64,000 nucleotides of DNA, taken from assembly GCA_934747255.1 (NCBI GenBank), contig CAKVGH010000001.1, positions 18,023-82,022 on the forward strand, given 5' to 3'. The stretch comes from an uncultured Clostridia bacterium. GTDB lineage: Bacteria > Bacillota > Clostridia > Christensenellales > UBA1242. The position numbers were made by a program, and so were the translations under genes. Below the pieces are notes generated by a model. That model made no database searches and was not told where the DNA came from. It saw only the letters and a list, made by a program, of their open reading frames with translations. Positions 27,756 to 38,093 of the stretch are shown one piece after another; the first letter of the stretch is position 1; each line of letters begins with the position of its first letter.

Positions 27756-28796
27756 ATGGTTGAGAACATTTATTATCAAAATGCCAAAGATAAAATAGTA
27801 GAATTTATAGGTCACGAGTGGCCTAATTTTCCACAAGGTTTACTCAATCAATACCTAAATTTCTTTACAAAAATCAGCAATTACGAAGAAGAAGGAATGG
27901 CTATTCACCCAAATATCTTAATTACTAATGATATTGACACTCTTGACAGAGCAATCACTGCTTCCTATGCACTCGAACTATTTGTTGACGATAGCGAAGC
28001 AATGTTTATTTCCAGAATGAAAGCACTTGCACCTTTCTGCATTCACGACTGGAGCATTTATGTTAGCGTTGAGCAAGACAAATACAAATATGGTATTTAC
28101 AAATGTATAAATTCTATTAAAGACAAAGATTTTAACACCGTTTTGTTTGAAAAAAGGTCGTTAAAGGACAAAACTGACAAACTATTTGCATTTTTAACAA
28201 ACTCACCTATGACAAATATTATTTTTGTTAAAGGACTAAAAGAAGACGAATTAAGAATCAGTTTTGGTTTAACTTCAAAAAAGATTTTAGATTACAAAGA
28301 AGAAATCAAAGAGTTTGTTGACGCAAGTTTCTCTAAACTACGAACAACAAAAAAGAAACTTGGCGAGATTAAAACTCTCTACTCCAACCTATTTGAAAAT
28401 GTATTCAAAAATGTCCACGGCACTATTTGTGTTGTAATCGATAAGGACTACAAAGATGATGGCTATTTGAGTGATGGCGTTTGGCTTAACGAACCTATTT
28501 GCTTTAACAAACTATTTTCACAATCAAGAAGTGCTAGTGAATCTAAACTAATTGGAATAACAAATTTATTTTTGGATATGCTCAACTATGATGGTATTAC
28601 GGTTGTAGACAACCTAGGTAGAATTAGAGCATACAATGTTTTTGTTAAAACTGATTTATCTAATACAATTAACATTTATGGCGGTGCTAGAAAGAGAGCA
28701 GTCTTCTCTATCGTAAATTCTCGTAAGAAAAAAATTATAGGCGTTTACTTTAAGAGTCAAGAAGGTGAAGTATTCTATCAAAGAGTAAGAAAGTAA
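27756..28796 (+). CDS. protein with an unknown N-terminal domain and a divergent DAC (diadenylate-cyclase/DisA_N)-like C-terminal domain
   Basis: The C-terminal blocks HGTICVVIDKD, DGITVVDNLGRIRAYNVF, GGARKRA and IIGVYFKSQEGEVF align in order with DAC blocks (hGALIVI, DGAvII..g.I.AA, GTRHRAA, vVSEEtG.IS). Confidence 0.4.
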   Translation: MVENIYYQNAKDKIVEFIGHEWPNFPQGLLNQYLNFFTKISNYEEEGMAIHPNILITNDIDTLDRAITASYALELFVDDSEAMFISRMKALAPFCIHDWSIYVSVEQDKYKYGIYKCINSIKDKDFNTVLFEKRSLKDKTDKLFAFLTNSPMTNIIFVKGLKEDELRISFGLTSKKILDYKEEIKEFVDASFSKLRTTKKKLGEIKTLYSNLFENVFKNVHGTICVVIDKDYKDDGYLSDGVWLNEPICFNKLFSQSRSASESKLIGITNLFLDMLNYDGITVVDNLGRIRAYNVFVKTDLSNTINIYGGARKRAVFSIVNSRKKKIIGVYFKSQEGEVFYQRVRK

Positions 28797-29067
28797 AAAT
28801 GATAAAAACTATAAAAGTTTTAGTGAGATTTACCCAAAATCATAACACTAAAACTTTTTTTATTGCCTATTTAGCCCAGCAATTTCAAAGCAATAAAGTT
28901 TTGAAATCTTTTATAGAATAAGTTTTTAGGCAAAATACCTATAATATACAAAAAGTTTAATGACCAAAAAGATTAAGTTTTAATGCTGACCAATATCAAG
29001 TTTTAATAATACAATAATTATTATTTACAAAATCAACAAAATTTGTTTACAAAGTAGGAAAAAACTA

Positions 29068-29096
29068 TTGACAAACACACATAAAACCATTATAAT
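29068..29096 (+). promoter_or_regulatory. consensus sigma-A promoter of the rplJL operon
   Basis: TTGACA (29068..29073), 17 nt, TATAAT (29091..29096). Confidence 0.7.
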
Positions 29097-29102
29097 TTTT
29101 CA

Positions 29103-29240
29103 GTAAATAAAATATCTATGCCAAAGACCGCAAGTGTCGTGAGACTTAAATATCTTGCCGAGGTAAGTATAACGAGAACTTTTATGATGTTCCTTGTGCT
29201 TTTGGCATAAGGAATTTTGTTTTATAACACATTATAAAAG
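29103..29240 (+). promoter_or_regulatory. ribosomal protein L10 leader (autoregulatory 5' UTR)
   Basis: About 150 nt of structured leader (ATGCCAAAG...CTTTTGGCAT long-range pairing, inner GCCGAGG region) between the promoter and rplJ, as in Firmicute L10 leaders. Family call is by position and shape only. Confidence 0.5.
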
Positions 29241-29251
29241 GAGGAAATATC

Positions 29252-29737
29252 GTGAACGAAAATTTGAAGCAAAAACAAGAAGTCGTTGCTGAAATTAAAG
29301 ACAAGTTTTCAAGAGCAAAAAGTTTAGTATTCGTTAATTACAGCGGTACTACTGTTGACCAAGTTACACAACTTAGAACAAACATTAGAAAAGCAAATGC
29401 AGAATACAAAGTTTACAAAAACAAACTTATGCTTAGAGCATTAAACGAACTTGGAATTAGTGGCACAGATAGTTACTTTGAAGGAACAACAGCTGTTGCT
29501 ATCAGTTACGATGACGAAGTTTCACCAGCAAATGTTATTTGCAATGCTGGAAAAGACAACAAAAACCTTACAGTAAAATTTGGTATCGTAAACGGAAGCG
29601 TTGTAGATGCTGACTATGTTAAAATGTTATCAAACATTCCAGCAAGAGAAGTTTTACTTGGTATGTTGGTTGGTATGTTGCAAGCACCTATTAGAAACTT
29701 GGCTTGCACAATCAAGGCTATTGCCGAAAAGGAATAG
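29252..29737 (+). CDS. rplJ: 50S ribosomal protein L10
   Basis: GTG start after AAAGGAGGAAATATC; SLVFVNYSGTTVDQVTQLR...YKVYKN block. Confidence 0.9.
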   Translation: MNENLKQKQEVVAEIKDKFSRAKSLVFVNYSGTTVDQVTQLRTNIRKANAEYKVYKNKLMLRALNELGISGTDSYFEGTTAVAISYDDEVSPANVICNAGKDNKNLTVKFGIVNGSVVDADYVKMLSNIPAREVLLGMLVGMLQAPIRNLACTIKAIAEKE

Positions 29738-29781
29738 TCTATTAGGGTAACCTAAAATTAAAAATTAAGGAGAAATTAAAA

Positions 29782-30156
29782 ATGGCAGATTTAAGCAAAT
29801 TTGTAGAAGAAGTTAAAGGTCTTACAGTTGTTGAACTTAACGACCTTGTTAAAAAATTAGAAGAAGAATTTGGTGTTAGCGCAGCAGCAATGGCAGTAGC
29901 AGCACCAGCAGCAGGCGCAGCAGCACCAGCAGCAGAAGAAAAATCAGAATTCAATGTTGTTGCAACAGCATTTGATGCAACACAAAAAATCGCTGCAATC
30001 AAGGTTATTAGAGAAGTTACAGGTCTTGGCCTTGGCGAAGCAAAAGCATTGGTTGAATCAATTCCAAGCGTAATCAAGGAAAATGTTCCAACAGACCAAG
30101 CAAAAGCTCTTGCTGAACAACTTAAAGCAGCAGGTCTTACTGTTGAACTTAAATAG
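29782..30156 (+). CDS. rplL: 50S ribosomal protein L7/L12
   Basis: Ala-rich hinge, then [24 protein letters not shown]...[11 protein letters not shown]. Confidence 0.95.
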   Translation: MADLSKFVEEVKGLTVVELNDLVKKLEEEFGVSAAAMAVAAPAAGAAAPAAEEKSEFNVVATAFDATQKIAAIKVIREVTGLGLGEAKALVESIPSVIKENVPTDQAKALAEQLKAAGLTVELK

Positions 30157-30176
30157 TAATTTATTTATAATGTGTT

Positions 30177-30206
30177 AAAAAATCACCTTTCAAGGTGATT
30201 TTTTTT
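30177..30206 (+). terminator. rplJL terminator
   Basis: AATCACC-tttcaa-GGTGATT hairpin followed by a T-run. Confidence 0.75.
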
Positions 30207-30402
30207 GCATTTTTTAAGATATTTTTGCTATCATAATTCCACTATTCGTTATCTTTGCAACATTGCCATCATTTTACTCTTTTTTGCAAACAATTTTAAT
30301 CATATCTTTAATATTAAAATTTTTTATATTTGTTAAATTGGCACAATAAAAAAACTGGCATTGTAGAAAATTGCTTTTTTCTACTCCGCATAGTTATTTT
30401 TA

Positions 30403-31035
30403 TTAAAAATCTGTTTTCAAGTCGTTATAGAATATCGCCTTGCTAACGCCGATATAAAGTAATGCCCAAAGCGCACCGATTACAGTCAAGCAAAGCAAAT
30501 ACCAACCGATATTGCTTAATCTTAATTTAGCGAGCCTACTTTTGTTTCCCTTAACCAATCTCTTGCTTTGTTTTAATGCTTCCCCCGCTTTTATTTTATC
30601 GCCGTTATATAGTGAAAACGAAGTCATTGAATAAGACAATTCAAACATAAAGAATGGAAACACTGCCAACACCAAGCCGAATATAAAGATAAAAAACTTC
30701 ATAAACATAATCTTAAAAATTCTAAAACTTTTTTTGCCAAATCCCGCAAACAAGTCCTTGGTACTTGCGGATAATTTGCTTGATAAATTCAAGCAAAATG
30801 TTTGATAACCATAATATAGCAAGCACAAAAGGTAAAGCCCAACCAAGCATAGCGGAGCAATTATGTACCACTTTGGATTGAGTACACTTGGCACAACCAC
30901 GCCAGCAATCACTGCCAAACTCAAAAATAAGTAGAGCATCATATTTTTTGCACTATACCACCAAGAGCCAGCCAAGTTATCTTTTGTCATTTGTTTTATT
31001 TCATCATTTTGTTTATAGAAAAAACCTTTTTTCAT
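30403..31035 (-). CDS. DUF975-like integral membrane protein
   Basis: N-terminal IKQMTKDNLAGSWWYSAK pattern and a 4-5 TM layout. Start refined to MKKGFF after AGGTGG. Confidence 0.5.
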   Translation of the reverse strand: MKKGFFYKQNDEIKQMTKDNLAGSWWYSAKNMMLYLFLSLAVIAGVVVPSVLNPKWYIIAPLCLVGLYLLCLLYYGYQTFCLNLSSKLSASTKDLFAGFGKKSFRIFKIMFMKFFIFIFGLVLAVFPFFMFELSYSMTSFSLYNGDKIKAGEALKQSKRLVKGNKSRLAKLRLSNIGWYLLCLTVIGALWALLYIGVSKAIFYNDLKTDF

Positions 31036-31044
31036 CTCTACCAC

Positions 31045-31578
31045 CTATTTAGAAAATTTATTTTTATAATTTTCCTTACATTCTTTTATAATTTGCATTG
31101 CTTGATATTTATCTCTAATTTCGCCAACTTGAGTAATTTTATTTGGTTCTAAATCTTTATAAACCTTCAAAAAGTGGAGCAATTCTTCCATCATATACTT
31201 TGGCAAATCTTCTAATTTTTCGTAGCAGTTATAAAGTGGGTCATCAAATGGAATAGCGATAATTTTTTCGTCATCTAGTCCACAATCGTTCATAGTAACA
31301 ACACCGATAGGATAACATTTAACAAGCGTTAGTGGGTCAAGACTCTCCGAACACAAAATCAAAACATCAAGTGGGTCGCCATCGCCAGACAATGTTTTTG
31401 GAATAAACCCATAATTTGCTGGGTAATGCGTGCTTGTACTCAACAATCTGTCAAGAATAATCAAGCCAGTTTCCTTGTCGAGTTCGTATTTCTTTTTTGT
31501 TCCCTTGGCAATTTCCACAACAGTAATAAATTCCGTTTCGGTTATTCTTTTTTCGTCAATATCGTGCCAAATATTCAT
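31045..31578 (-). CDS. ppa: inorganic pyrophosphatase (family I)
   Basis: VVEIAKGTKKKYELDKETG...YPANYGFIP...DGDPLDVLIL signature. Confidence 0.9.
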   Translation of the reverse strand: MNIWHDIDEKRITETEFITVVEIAKGTKKKYELDKETGLIILDRLLSTSTHYPANYGFIPKTLSGDGDPLDVLILCSESLDPLTLVKCYPIGVVTMNDCGLDDEKIIAIPFDDPLYNCYEKLEDLPKYMMEELLHFLKVYKDLEPNKITQVGEIRDKYQAMQIIKECKENYKNKFSK

Positions 31579-31594
31579 AAAAATCTCCTTTGAG

Positions 31595-32221
31595 TTATTT
31601 TAAGCAAGTTTCATCTAAATATGTTGCTTGCATATCTGCAATATGTAGTAAAAGTGCGATAGGGTAAGAGTAAAAAACATCACTCAACGCATAACTTCCG
31701 CCCTTTACCCTATAATCAAAACCGCCCATGTGCCAGTTTATTGACATTGCTTCAAGACGAGTTAATCTTAAAAATCCACTTAAAATATAAACACTTTTTT
31801 CGCCGTGGCCGTAAGGTAATTGGTCATTTGTTACAAACACATCTTTTTCCACCCAGTCAAAATAGCCTTTGCTATCTTTTCGTGAGCCACCATCGTAGTA
31901 TTCTTTAACATTCTTTGTTTCCTTTTCAAAAGTATCGACTTTACAGATGTCGTGAAACAAAGCCATAAGTGCAATACTTTCCGCCGAGCAATATTCGTCT
32001 AAACTGTCGCCATACTCATCTTTTAGTAATCTTAAAAATCTCTTGTAAACATTCAAAGAATGGTCGCATAGTCCACCTTCATAATTGCTATGAAATTTTG
32101 TGCTTGCTGGTGCTGTGAAAAAATCAGTTGTAACAAGCCAGTCGATTAGTTTGTCAACGCCTTCGCGCTTAATATTGTTTTTTACTATTTCCAAAAATTC
32201 CTGTTTTTTATCCATTATCAA
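31595..32221 (-). CDS. HD-domain phosphohydrolase
   Basis: FHSNYEGGLCDHSLNV and LFHDICK (H...HD) motifs. Confidence 0.65.
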   Translation of the reverse strand: MIMDKKQEFLEIVKNNIKREGVDKLIDWLVTTDFFTAPASTKFHSNYEGGLCDHSLNVYKRFLRLLKDEYGDSLDEYCSAESIALMALFHDICKVDTFEKETKNVKEYYDGGSRKDSKGYFDWVEKDVFVTNDQLPYGHGEKSVYILSGFLRLTRLEAMSINWHMGGFDYRVKGGSYALSDVFYSYPIALLLHIADMQATYLDETCLK

Positions 32222-32530
32222 ATCTACCTTATATTTAATAATTATATCAATTTATCTAATATAAATCAAACAAATATTATATTTGAATTTTAATGTAAGC
32301 ATTTTATTTAAGGCCTGTTTTATTGAGTTATCAACATTTCAAAAAAATATTTTCAAATTAAAAAACATTTATTTTAGTTATTTAATCATCTAAAATGAGT
32401 CATTATAAATAATTAGTTTTTTTGAAAAAATTAAAAAAATTTGTCGAATTTTCTAAAAATTATGCTATTTTGAGTGTTTTTTATAAATAATTTTATTGAA
32501 AAATTAAAAAAAAGATTTTATAATTAAAGT

Positions 32531-33883
32531 ATGATTAACGCATTAAAAACATTGGAAAAACAAAATTTAATTTCAAAAGGCGAAAAAATTGGAGTTGCAG
32601 TTAGTGGTGGCATTGATAGTATGTGTCTGCTCCATTTTTTGAACGAGCAAAAAAGTCAACTTGGCTTTGACTTATCTGTTATAAATATTGACCACAACAT
32701 TAGAGAAAACAGCAAAAATGACAGTGAGTTTGTAAAAAGTTACTGCAAACAAAGTGGTATTACCTTTCACTCCTTCAAAGTTGATGTTCCAGAATTTGTA
32801 AAGCAAAACAAAGTCACTGTGGAAGAAGGTGCAAGAATTTGCAGATATAAGGTATTTGAAAATTTACTCAACAAAGGCATTGTGGACAAAATTGCTATTG
32901 CTCATCACAGGCAAGACCAAGTGGAAACAATACTGCTAAATATTTTTAGGGGAACGGGACTTAAAGGCGCAAGCGGAATGGATTATCAATCAAACAGGTT
33001 TATTAGACCATTGCTTGATACATCAAAAGCAGAAATTATCACTTATGCCCAAGAACATAACATTGCATTTGTGGAAGATGAAACAAATGCCGATACCGAC
33101 TACTCTCGAAACTTTATTAGACAGGAAATTTTACCAAAAATCAAAGAACATTGGCACAATGTAGAAGATAATATTATTTCATTTTCAAAAATTTGCAAGC
33201 AAGATGACGAATACATAAATTCAATTATCAATTTTGACAACATTATTGTAGAAAAAAACTTGGTAAAAATTCCATTGAACTGTTTTATTTACAAGCCAAC
33301 CATTACCACTCGAATTATTAGATATGCTCTAACCCACCTTAATGCTCTAAAAGATTTTGAACAAAAGCATTTTGCAATAATTACTAACCTTGCTCAAAAA
33401 AGTGAAAATGGCACAAAGATAAATTTACCAAACAAACTTATCGCAACAAAGGAATATGACTACCTAACTTTAATGCTCAAAAAACCAAAGCAAGAATATC
33501 AAAAAGCGCCTTTCGTTTTAGGTAAAAATAGAATTTTTGGAACTAACATTGAAATTAAAAAAGTTAGAGTAAAAAACTCTGGACTTGACGAAATGAAAAA
33601 ATATTTATTAGAGCCTAAAACACTTGTTTTTGACTATGACAAACTACCAAAAGATGTTTGCTGGCGAGTAAAACAAAATGGCGATATGTTCCAAAAATTT
33701 AGCGGTGGTACAAAAAAATTAAAAGACTATTTTATTGATAAAAAAGTGCCAAGTAGGTTGCGAAATGAATTACCTTTACTTGCTAGTCAAAACAATATTT
33801 TACTAATAACAGGGCTGGAAATTAGCGACCAAATCAAAGTGGATTTAGACACAAAAACTCTTTGTATTATCAAAAATAATTAA
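32531..33883 (+). CDS. tilS: tRNA(Ile)-lysidine synthetase
   Basis: PP-loop VAVSGGIDSMCLL, HHRQDQVETILLNIFRG, C-terminal substrate-binding domain. Confidence 0.85.
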   Translation: MINALKTLEKQNLISKGEKIGVAVSGGIDSMCLLHFLNEQKSQLGFDLSVINIDHNIRENSKNDSEFVKSYCKQSGITFHSFKVDVPEFVKQNKVTVEEGARICRYKVFENLLNKGIVDKIAIAHHRQDQVETILLNIFRGTGLKGASGMDYQSNRFIRPLLDTSKAEIITYAQEHNIAFVEDETNADTDYSRNFIRQEILPKIKEHWHNVEDNIISFSKICKQDDEYINSIINFDNIIVEKNLVKIPLNCFIYKPTITTRIIRYALTHLNALKDFEQKHFAIITNLAQKSENGTKINLPNKLIATKEYDYLTLMLKKPKQEYQKAPFVLGKNRIFGTNIEIKKVRVKNSGLDEMKKYLLEPKTLVFDYDKLPKDVCWRVKQNGDMFQKFSGGTKKLKDYFIDKKVPSRLRNELPLLASQNNILLITGLEISDQIKVDLDTKTLCIIKNN

Positions 33884-34066
33884 AAAAAATCAATTTTTTT
33901 GACAAAAAACAATAAAAAACTCACTTTTTTGTGAGTTTTTTTATTATTTTTATCCAAAATGAATAACTTTATAAATTGATTTGAAATTTGAAAAATTTTA
34001 TTATTTATTTATTTTTAAGTTAAATCAACCAATAGAAAATTGGTAAAATATTCTATCAAACTTAAT

Positions 34067-34717
34067 TTACTCGCCCAAAGTTTTTTCGTTTTCTTCTTCG
34101 TGGCTGTTATCTTTTTCTAGCGAATTTTCTTTTTCCAAATTAGATAATTTTTCTTCTTCGTCCAAGGATAAGTTCTCCAATTTCTCTTCTTCTGTTCCAG
34201 TTGCACCCGCAGTGGTCATATCGTTAGAGTCGCTATTGGTTTCCTCATCGCTTGCCTTACCATCATTTTGCTTTTTATCAAGTACCCAAACAAGAACACA
34301 ACCAATAATGGCTAAAACAGTATTCATTATAATACCAAAACCGATATAGATGCTGTACTTAATACAGAATATTATAACAAACAAAAGTGTAACCAAACTT
34401 AATATTGTAATTGCCATAATAAGAGTTTTTACTAACTTTTTGTAAGTCCAATCTTTATATGACTTTTTAATTTCCACCACGCCATATTCTTTCAAAAAGC
34501 CCAAAAACGAAATGTTTATTAGTAGCAATAATCCAATTATGTAAAAGAACTGAAAGAATGCTATTACAAATCCCAAAAATCCTGTTTGATATACATCAAG
34601 CAATTCTATTCCAGTTGCTGATGCACAATAAGTAAGATTTAACAAAACTAAAAACAAAAATGAAAACCCAAAAGCAATGAGTGGAAATGCTAGTTTTGAA
34701 ATATTTTTCTTTTTCAT
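34067..34717 (-). CDS. hypothetical membrane protein with an acidic C-terminal tail
   Basis: AAAGGAGAAAAAGT-ATG RBS; 4-5 TM helices; E/D/S-rich C-terminus. Confidence 0.4.
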   Translation of the reverse strand: MKKKNISKLAFPLIAFGFSFLFLVLLNLTYCASATGIELLDVYQTGFLGFVIAFFQFFYIIGLLLLINISFLGFLKEYGVVEIKKSYKDWTYKKLVKTLIMAITILSLVTLLFVIIFCIKYSIYIGFGIIMNTVLAIIGCVLVWVLDKKQNDGKASDEETNSDSNDMTTAGATGTEEEKLENLSLDEEEKLSNLEKENSLEKDNSHEEENEKTLGE

Positions 34718-34994
34718 ACTTTTTCTCCTTTATATTATATATTACAATTATTATACAATATTTATTTTACATTATAAAAATAAAAAATATTCAAATATGA
34801 TTTTTGTAAAATAAAATTTGTTAAAAAATGTATTTTTTGCGTTTTGCAAGTGTTTTCTAGCCAAATTAAAAGTCATTGAGAATGAGTATTTTTTACAAAA
34901 AAAATTTGACAAAAATATGCCTTTTTTTAATTTGACAAAGTGCTTTTCAAAGTGATAACTTGTATGTAATTTTATTGTTTAAGGAGAAGCGCTT

Positions 34995-37175
34995 ATGGTT
35001 AAAGTAATCAAAAAAAGTGGAATACTGGAAGATTTTGATAGGAAAAAAATTATTAGCGCTATCGAAAAATCTGCAACGAGAGTTATGGTTAACTTAACAC
35101 CAGACGAAGAAAACAAAGTTTGCGAATTTGTAGAACAACAAATTGCTCATCTAGAGAGCGTACCCGTGCTAAATGTACATAATCTTGTTGAAACTGCTCT
35201 TGACAACATTAACAAGGCCGTGGCTAGAAGTTATCGTGAATACAGAGATAACAAGGCTTCGTTTGCAAGAATGCTAGACAGAGTTTACAACAAAAAACTA
35301 GGGCTAAACTTTATCGGGGACAGAAGTAATGCAAATGCTGATAGTGCCATTATCACAACTCAAAGAGCAATAGTTTACAACGAACTCAATAGCGAATTAT
35401 ACAAAAAATTCTTTCTAACTAGCGATGAAGAAAAGGCTATGAGTGAAGGCTACATTTATATTCACGATAGAGGTAGCAGACTGGACTCTTTCAACTGCTG
35501 TCTTGCCGATGTTAAAGAAATCTTAACTGGTGGTTTTGAAATGGGAAATTTGCACTATAATGAGCCTAAAACCCTTGATGTTGCGTTTGACTTAATCGGC
35601 GATATTGTAATGAATATGGCTTCGTGTCAGTATGGCGGTTATACTATTAGCGAAATCGACAAACTTCTCGCCCCTTATGCTCAAAAAAGTTTTGAAAAGT
35701 ACAAGAAAGAATATATAAATATTTTAGATGAGTCTTGCGAAAAATTTGACGAAATACAGGCAACAAAGAATGCCGAAGTATACGCAAACAAAAAAGTGGA
35801 AAGAGATTTTGAACAAGGCTGGCAAGGGTTAGAAATGAAACTCAACTCTGTTGGTTCTAGCCGTGGCGATTACCCATTCACTGCTGTTTCGTTTGGACTT
35901 GGAAAAAGCAAGTTTGAAACAATGTGCTCATCGGTAGCAATGAGAGTTAGAAAAAACGGACAAGGAAAAGACGGCTTCAAACACCCAGTATTATTCCCTA
36001 AACTCAGTTTTTTGTATGACGAAAACATACACGGAAAAGGCAAGGACTATGAATGGCTATTTTTAGAAGCCATTGACTGTTCTAGCAAATCAATGTACCC
36101 TGATTACATAAGTTGTACTGGCGATGGCTATTGCGGAGATATTTACCGAAAATACGGCAAAACAATCTCTCGTATGGGTTGCAGAGCAACACTTGCTCCT
36201 TGGTACGAAAGAGGCGGTTTTGAGCCTGCCGATGAAAACGACTACCCAGTATTTGAAGGCAGAATGAATATGGGGGCTATATCTATTCACTTTCCAATGA
36301 TACTTCAAAAAGCAAAACTAATCTACGAAAAAGAGCCAGAAAAATATACTGATATTGACGAAGTATTCTTTAAGGAACTCGACTACTACTTGGCACTCAT
36401 TAGAAAAATTCATAACCGAACCTTTGAATATTTTAGTCACAAAAAGGCTGGTACTAACCCACTCGCCTTCTGTCAAGGTGGAATTTACAAAGGACACTTT
36501 AATCCAGATGATGAGATAGGTCGAGAATTTTTAAGACCAATGACTGCTTCGTTTGGAATTACCGCTCTTAATGAAACACAATTTTTATACAACGGAAAAT
36601 CACTTGTTCAAGACCAAGGTTTTGCTATCAAAATTTTGGACTACCTTGACAAATACAAAAAACAAGCAACCAAAGAAGATAAAATTTTGTATGCTCTATA
36701 CGGAACGCCAGCCGAATCACTTTGCGGACTTCAAGTAGAGCAATTTAGAAAAATGTATGGCGAAGTTAAAGGCATAACCGACAAACCTTACACTTCAAAC
36801 AGTTTTCACTGTGCCGTATACGAAAACATCACTCCAATTCAAAAACAAGACATTGAATACAAAATGTATCATTACTGCACAGGTGGAGCAATACAATATT
36901 GTAGATACCCACTAGGATACAACATAGAAGCAATGATTACAATGGTTCGTAGAGCAATGAAAATGGGCTTTTACGAAGGCGTTAATTTACAACTTGATTA
37001 CTGCGAAGAATGTGGCAATCAGTTTATAGACAGCGACACCTGTCCAAAGTGTCATTCTGGTAAAATTACTAGAATAGAAAGAATGAATGGCTATTTAGGT
37101 TATTCAAGAGTAAACGGCAGAAGTATGTACGCTGACCACAAACTTGCCGAATTCAAAGATAGAGTTAGTATGTAG
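34995..37175 (+). CDS. nrdD: anaerobic ribonucleoside-triphosphate reductase (class III) with N-terminal ATP-cone
   Basis: ATP-cone VIKKSGILEDFDRKKI; Zn ribbon CEECG...CPKCHSG; glycyl-radical motif RMNGYLGY. Confidence 0.9.
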   Translation: MVKVIKKSGILEDFDRKKIISAIEKSATRVMVNLTPDEENKVCEFVEQQIAHLESVPVLNVHNLVETALDNINKAVARSYREYRDNKASFARMLDRVYNKKLGLNFIGDRSNANADSAIITTQRAIVYNELNSELYKKFFLTSDEEKAMSEGYIYIHDRGSRLDSFNCCLADVKEILTGGFEMGNLHYNEPKTLDVAFDLIGDIVMNMASCQYGGYTISEIDKLLAPYAQKSFEKYKKEYINILDESCEKFDEIQATKNAEVYANKKVERDFEQGWQGLEMKLNSVGSSRGDYPFTAVSFGLGKSKFETMCSSVAMRVRKNGQGKDGFKHPVLFPKLSFLYDENIHGKGKDYEWLFLEAIDCSSKSMYPDYISCTGDGYCGDIYRKYGKTISRMGCRATLAPWYERGGFEPADENDYPVFEGRMNMGAISIHFPMILQKAKLIYEKEPEKYTDIDEVFFKELDYYLALIRKIHNRTFEYFSHKKAGTNPLAFCQGGIYKGHFNPDDEIGREFLRPMTASFGITALNETQFLYNGKSLVQDQGFAIKILDYLDKYKKQATKEDKILYALYGTPAESLCGLQVEQFRKMYGEVKGITDKPYTSNSFHCAVYENITPIQKQDIEYKMYHYCTGGAIQYCRYPLGYNIEAMITMVRRAMKMGFYEGVNLQLDYCEECGNQFIDSDTCPKCHSGKITRIERMNGYLGYSRVNGRSMYADHKLAEFKDRVSM

Positions 37176-37184
37176 GAGATTATT

Positions 37185-37298
37185 ATGGATAATAAAGAAA
37201 AGATTTTAGCAGACGGTTTAACTGAAGATGAAATGGCAGAAATTATAGAACTATTTATCGAAGAAGAACAAGTTGAAGAAAATTTGTTGGAAGAATAA
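37185..37298 (+). CDS. possible 37-aa acidic micro-protein between nrdD and nrdG
   Basis: Below the track size cutoff. GTAGGAG RBS 7 nt before the ATG. MDNKEKILADGLTEDEMAEIIELFIEEEQVEENLLEE. Confidence 0.3.
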   Translation: MDNKEKILADGLTEDEMAEIIELFIEEEQVEENLLEE

Positions 37299-37419
37299 TA
37301 GCACTTAAAAAGTATTGATTTTAACAAAAATATGAAAAAACTAATAAAAATTGCAAAAATATTGAAAATTTTTCGTTATTTTTGCATTTTTTCTATAAAA
37401 AAAGAAAAAAGGAGTAAAT

Positions 37420-37929
37420 ATGAATTATCATAACATACTTCACGATAACCTAATAAACGGCGATGGAATAAGAGTTGTGTTATTTGTAAGTGGCTGTTCC
37501 TTACATTGCAAGAATTGTCAAAATCCACAAACTTGGGACAGATTTGGTGGAATAGAATTTGACAAAAATGCTAGGCAAGAAATTTTTGACGAACTAAAAA
37601 AAGACTATGTTAGCGGACTCACGTTGACTGGCGGTCACCCACTAGAACACTACAATTTGAGTGAGTTAACAAACTTGTGCAAAGAGATTAAGAAAACATA
37701 CAAAGACAAAACTATTTGGCTCTACACGGGCTATGTGTATGAACAAGTTTTGAAGGACTACAAGCAAGGCAAATATCCAATTTTGGACTATGTTGATGTT
37801 TTAATTGATGGACCTTATATCGAAGCACAGCGAGATATTTCTCTAAAATGGCGTGGTTCAAAAAATCAAAGAGTTATTGACCTAAAAAAATCTCTGCATA
37901 GTGAAAACATCGTTCTATGGTGCGATTAG
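37420..37929 (+). CDS. nrdG: anaerobic RNR activating protein (radical SAM)
   Basis: GIRVVLFVSGCSLHCKNCQNPQTW CxxxCxxC cluster motif; synteny with nrdD. Confidence 0.9.
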   Translation: MNYHNILHDNLINGDGIRVVLFVSGCSLHCKNCQNPQTWDRFGGIEFDKNARQEIFDELKKDYVSGLTLTGGHPLEHYNLSELTNLCKEIKKTYKDKTIWLYTGYVYEQVLKDYKQGKYPILDYVDVLIDGPYIEAQRDISLKWRGSKNQRVIDLKKSLHSENIVLWCD

Positions 37930-38093
37930 TTTATATTTTATATATAATTAAAATAATATGACACTATTGAATTTAATAACAAAAAAATCGTTGCAATTTC
38001 ACAACGATTTTTTAATATCTTTTACACCTAAAATATGTTTTATTATATTAAAACAAACTCATTGATGTTTCCATAAAGTCAAAAGGTATTTTT

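Noticed and set aside
29742-30077. 111-aa ORF antisense to rplL.
   Set aside because: It is the mirror of the Ala-rich L7/L12 hinge, and rplL is unambiguous.
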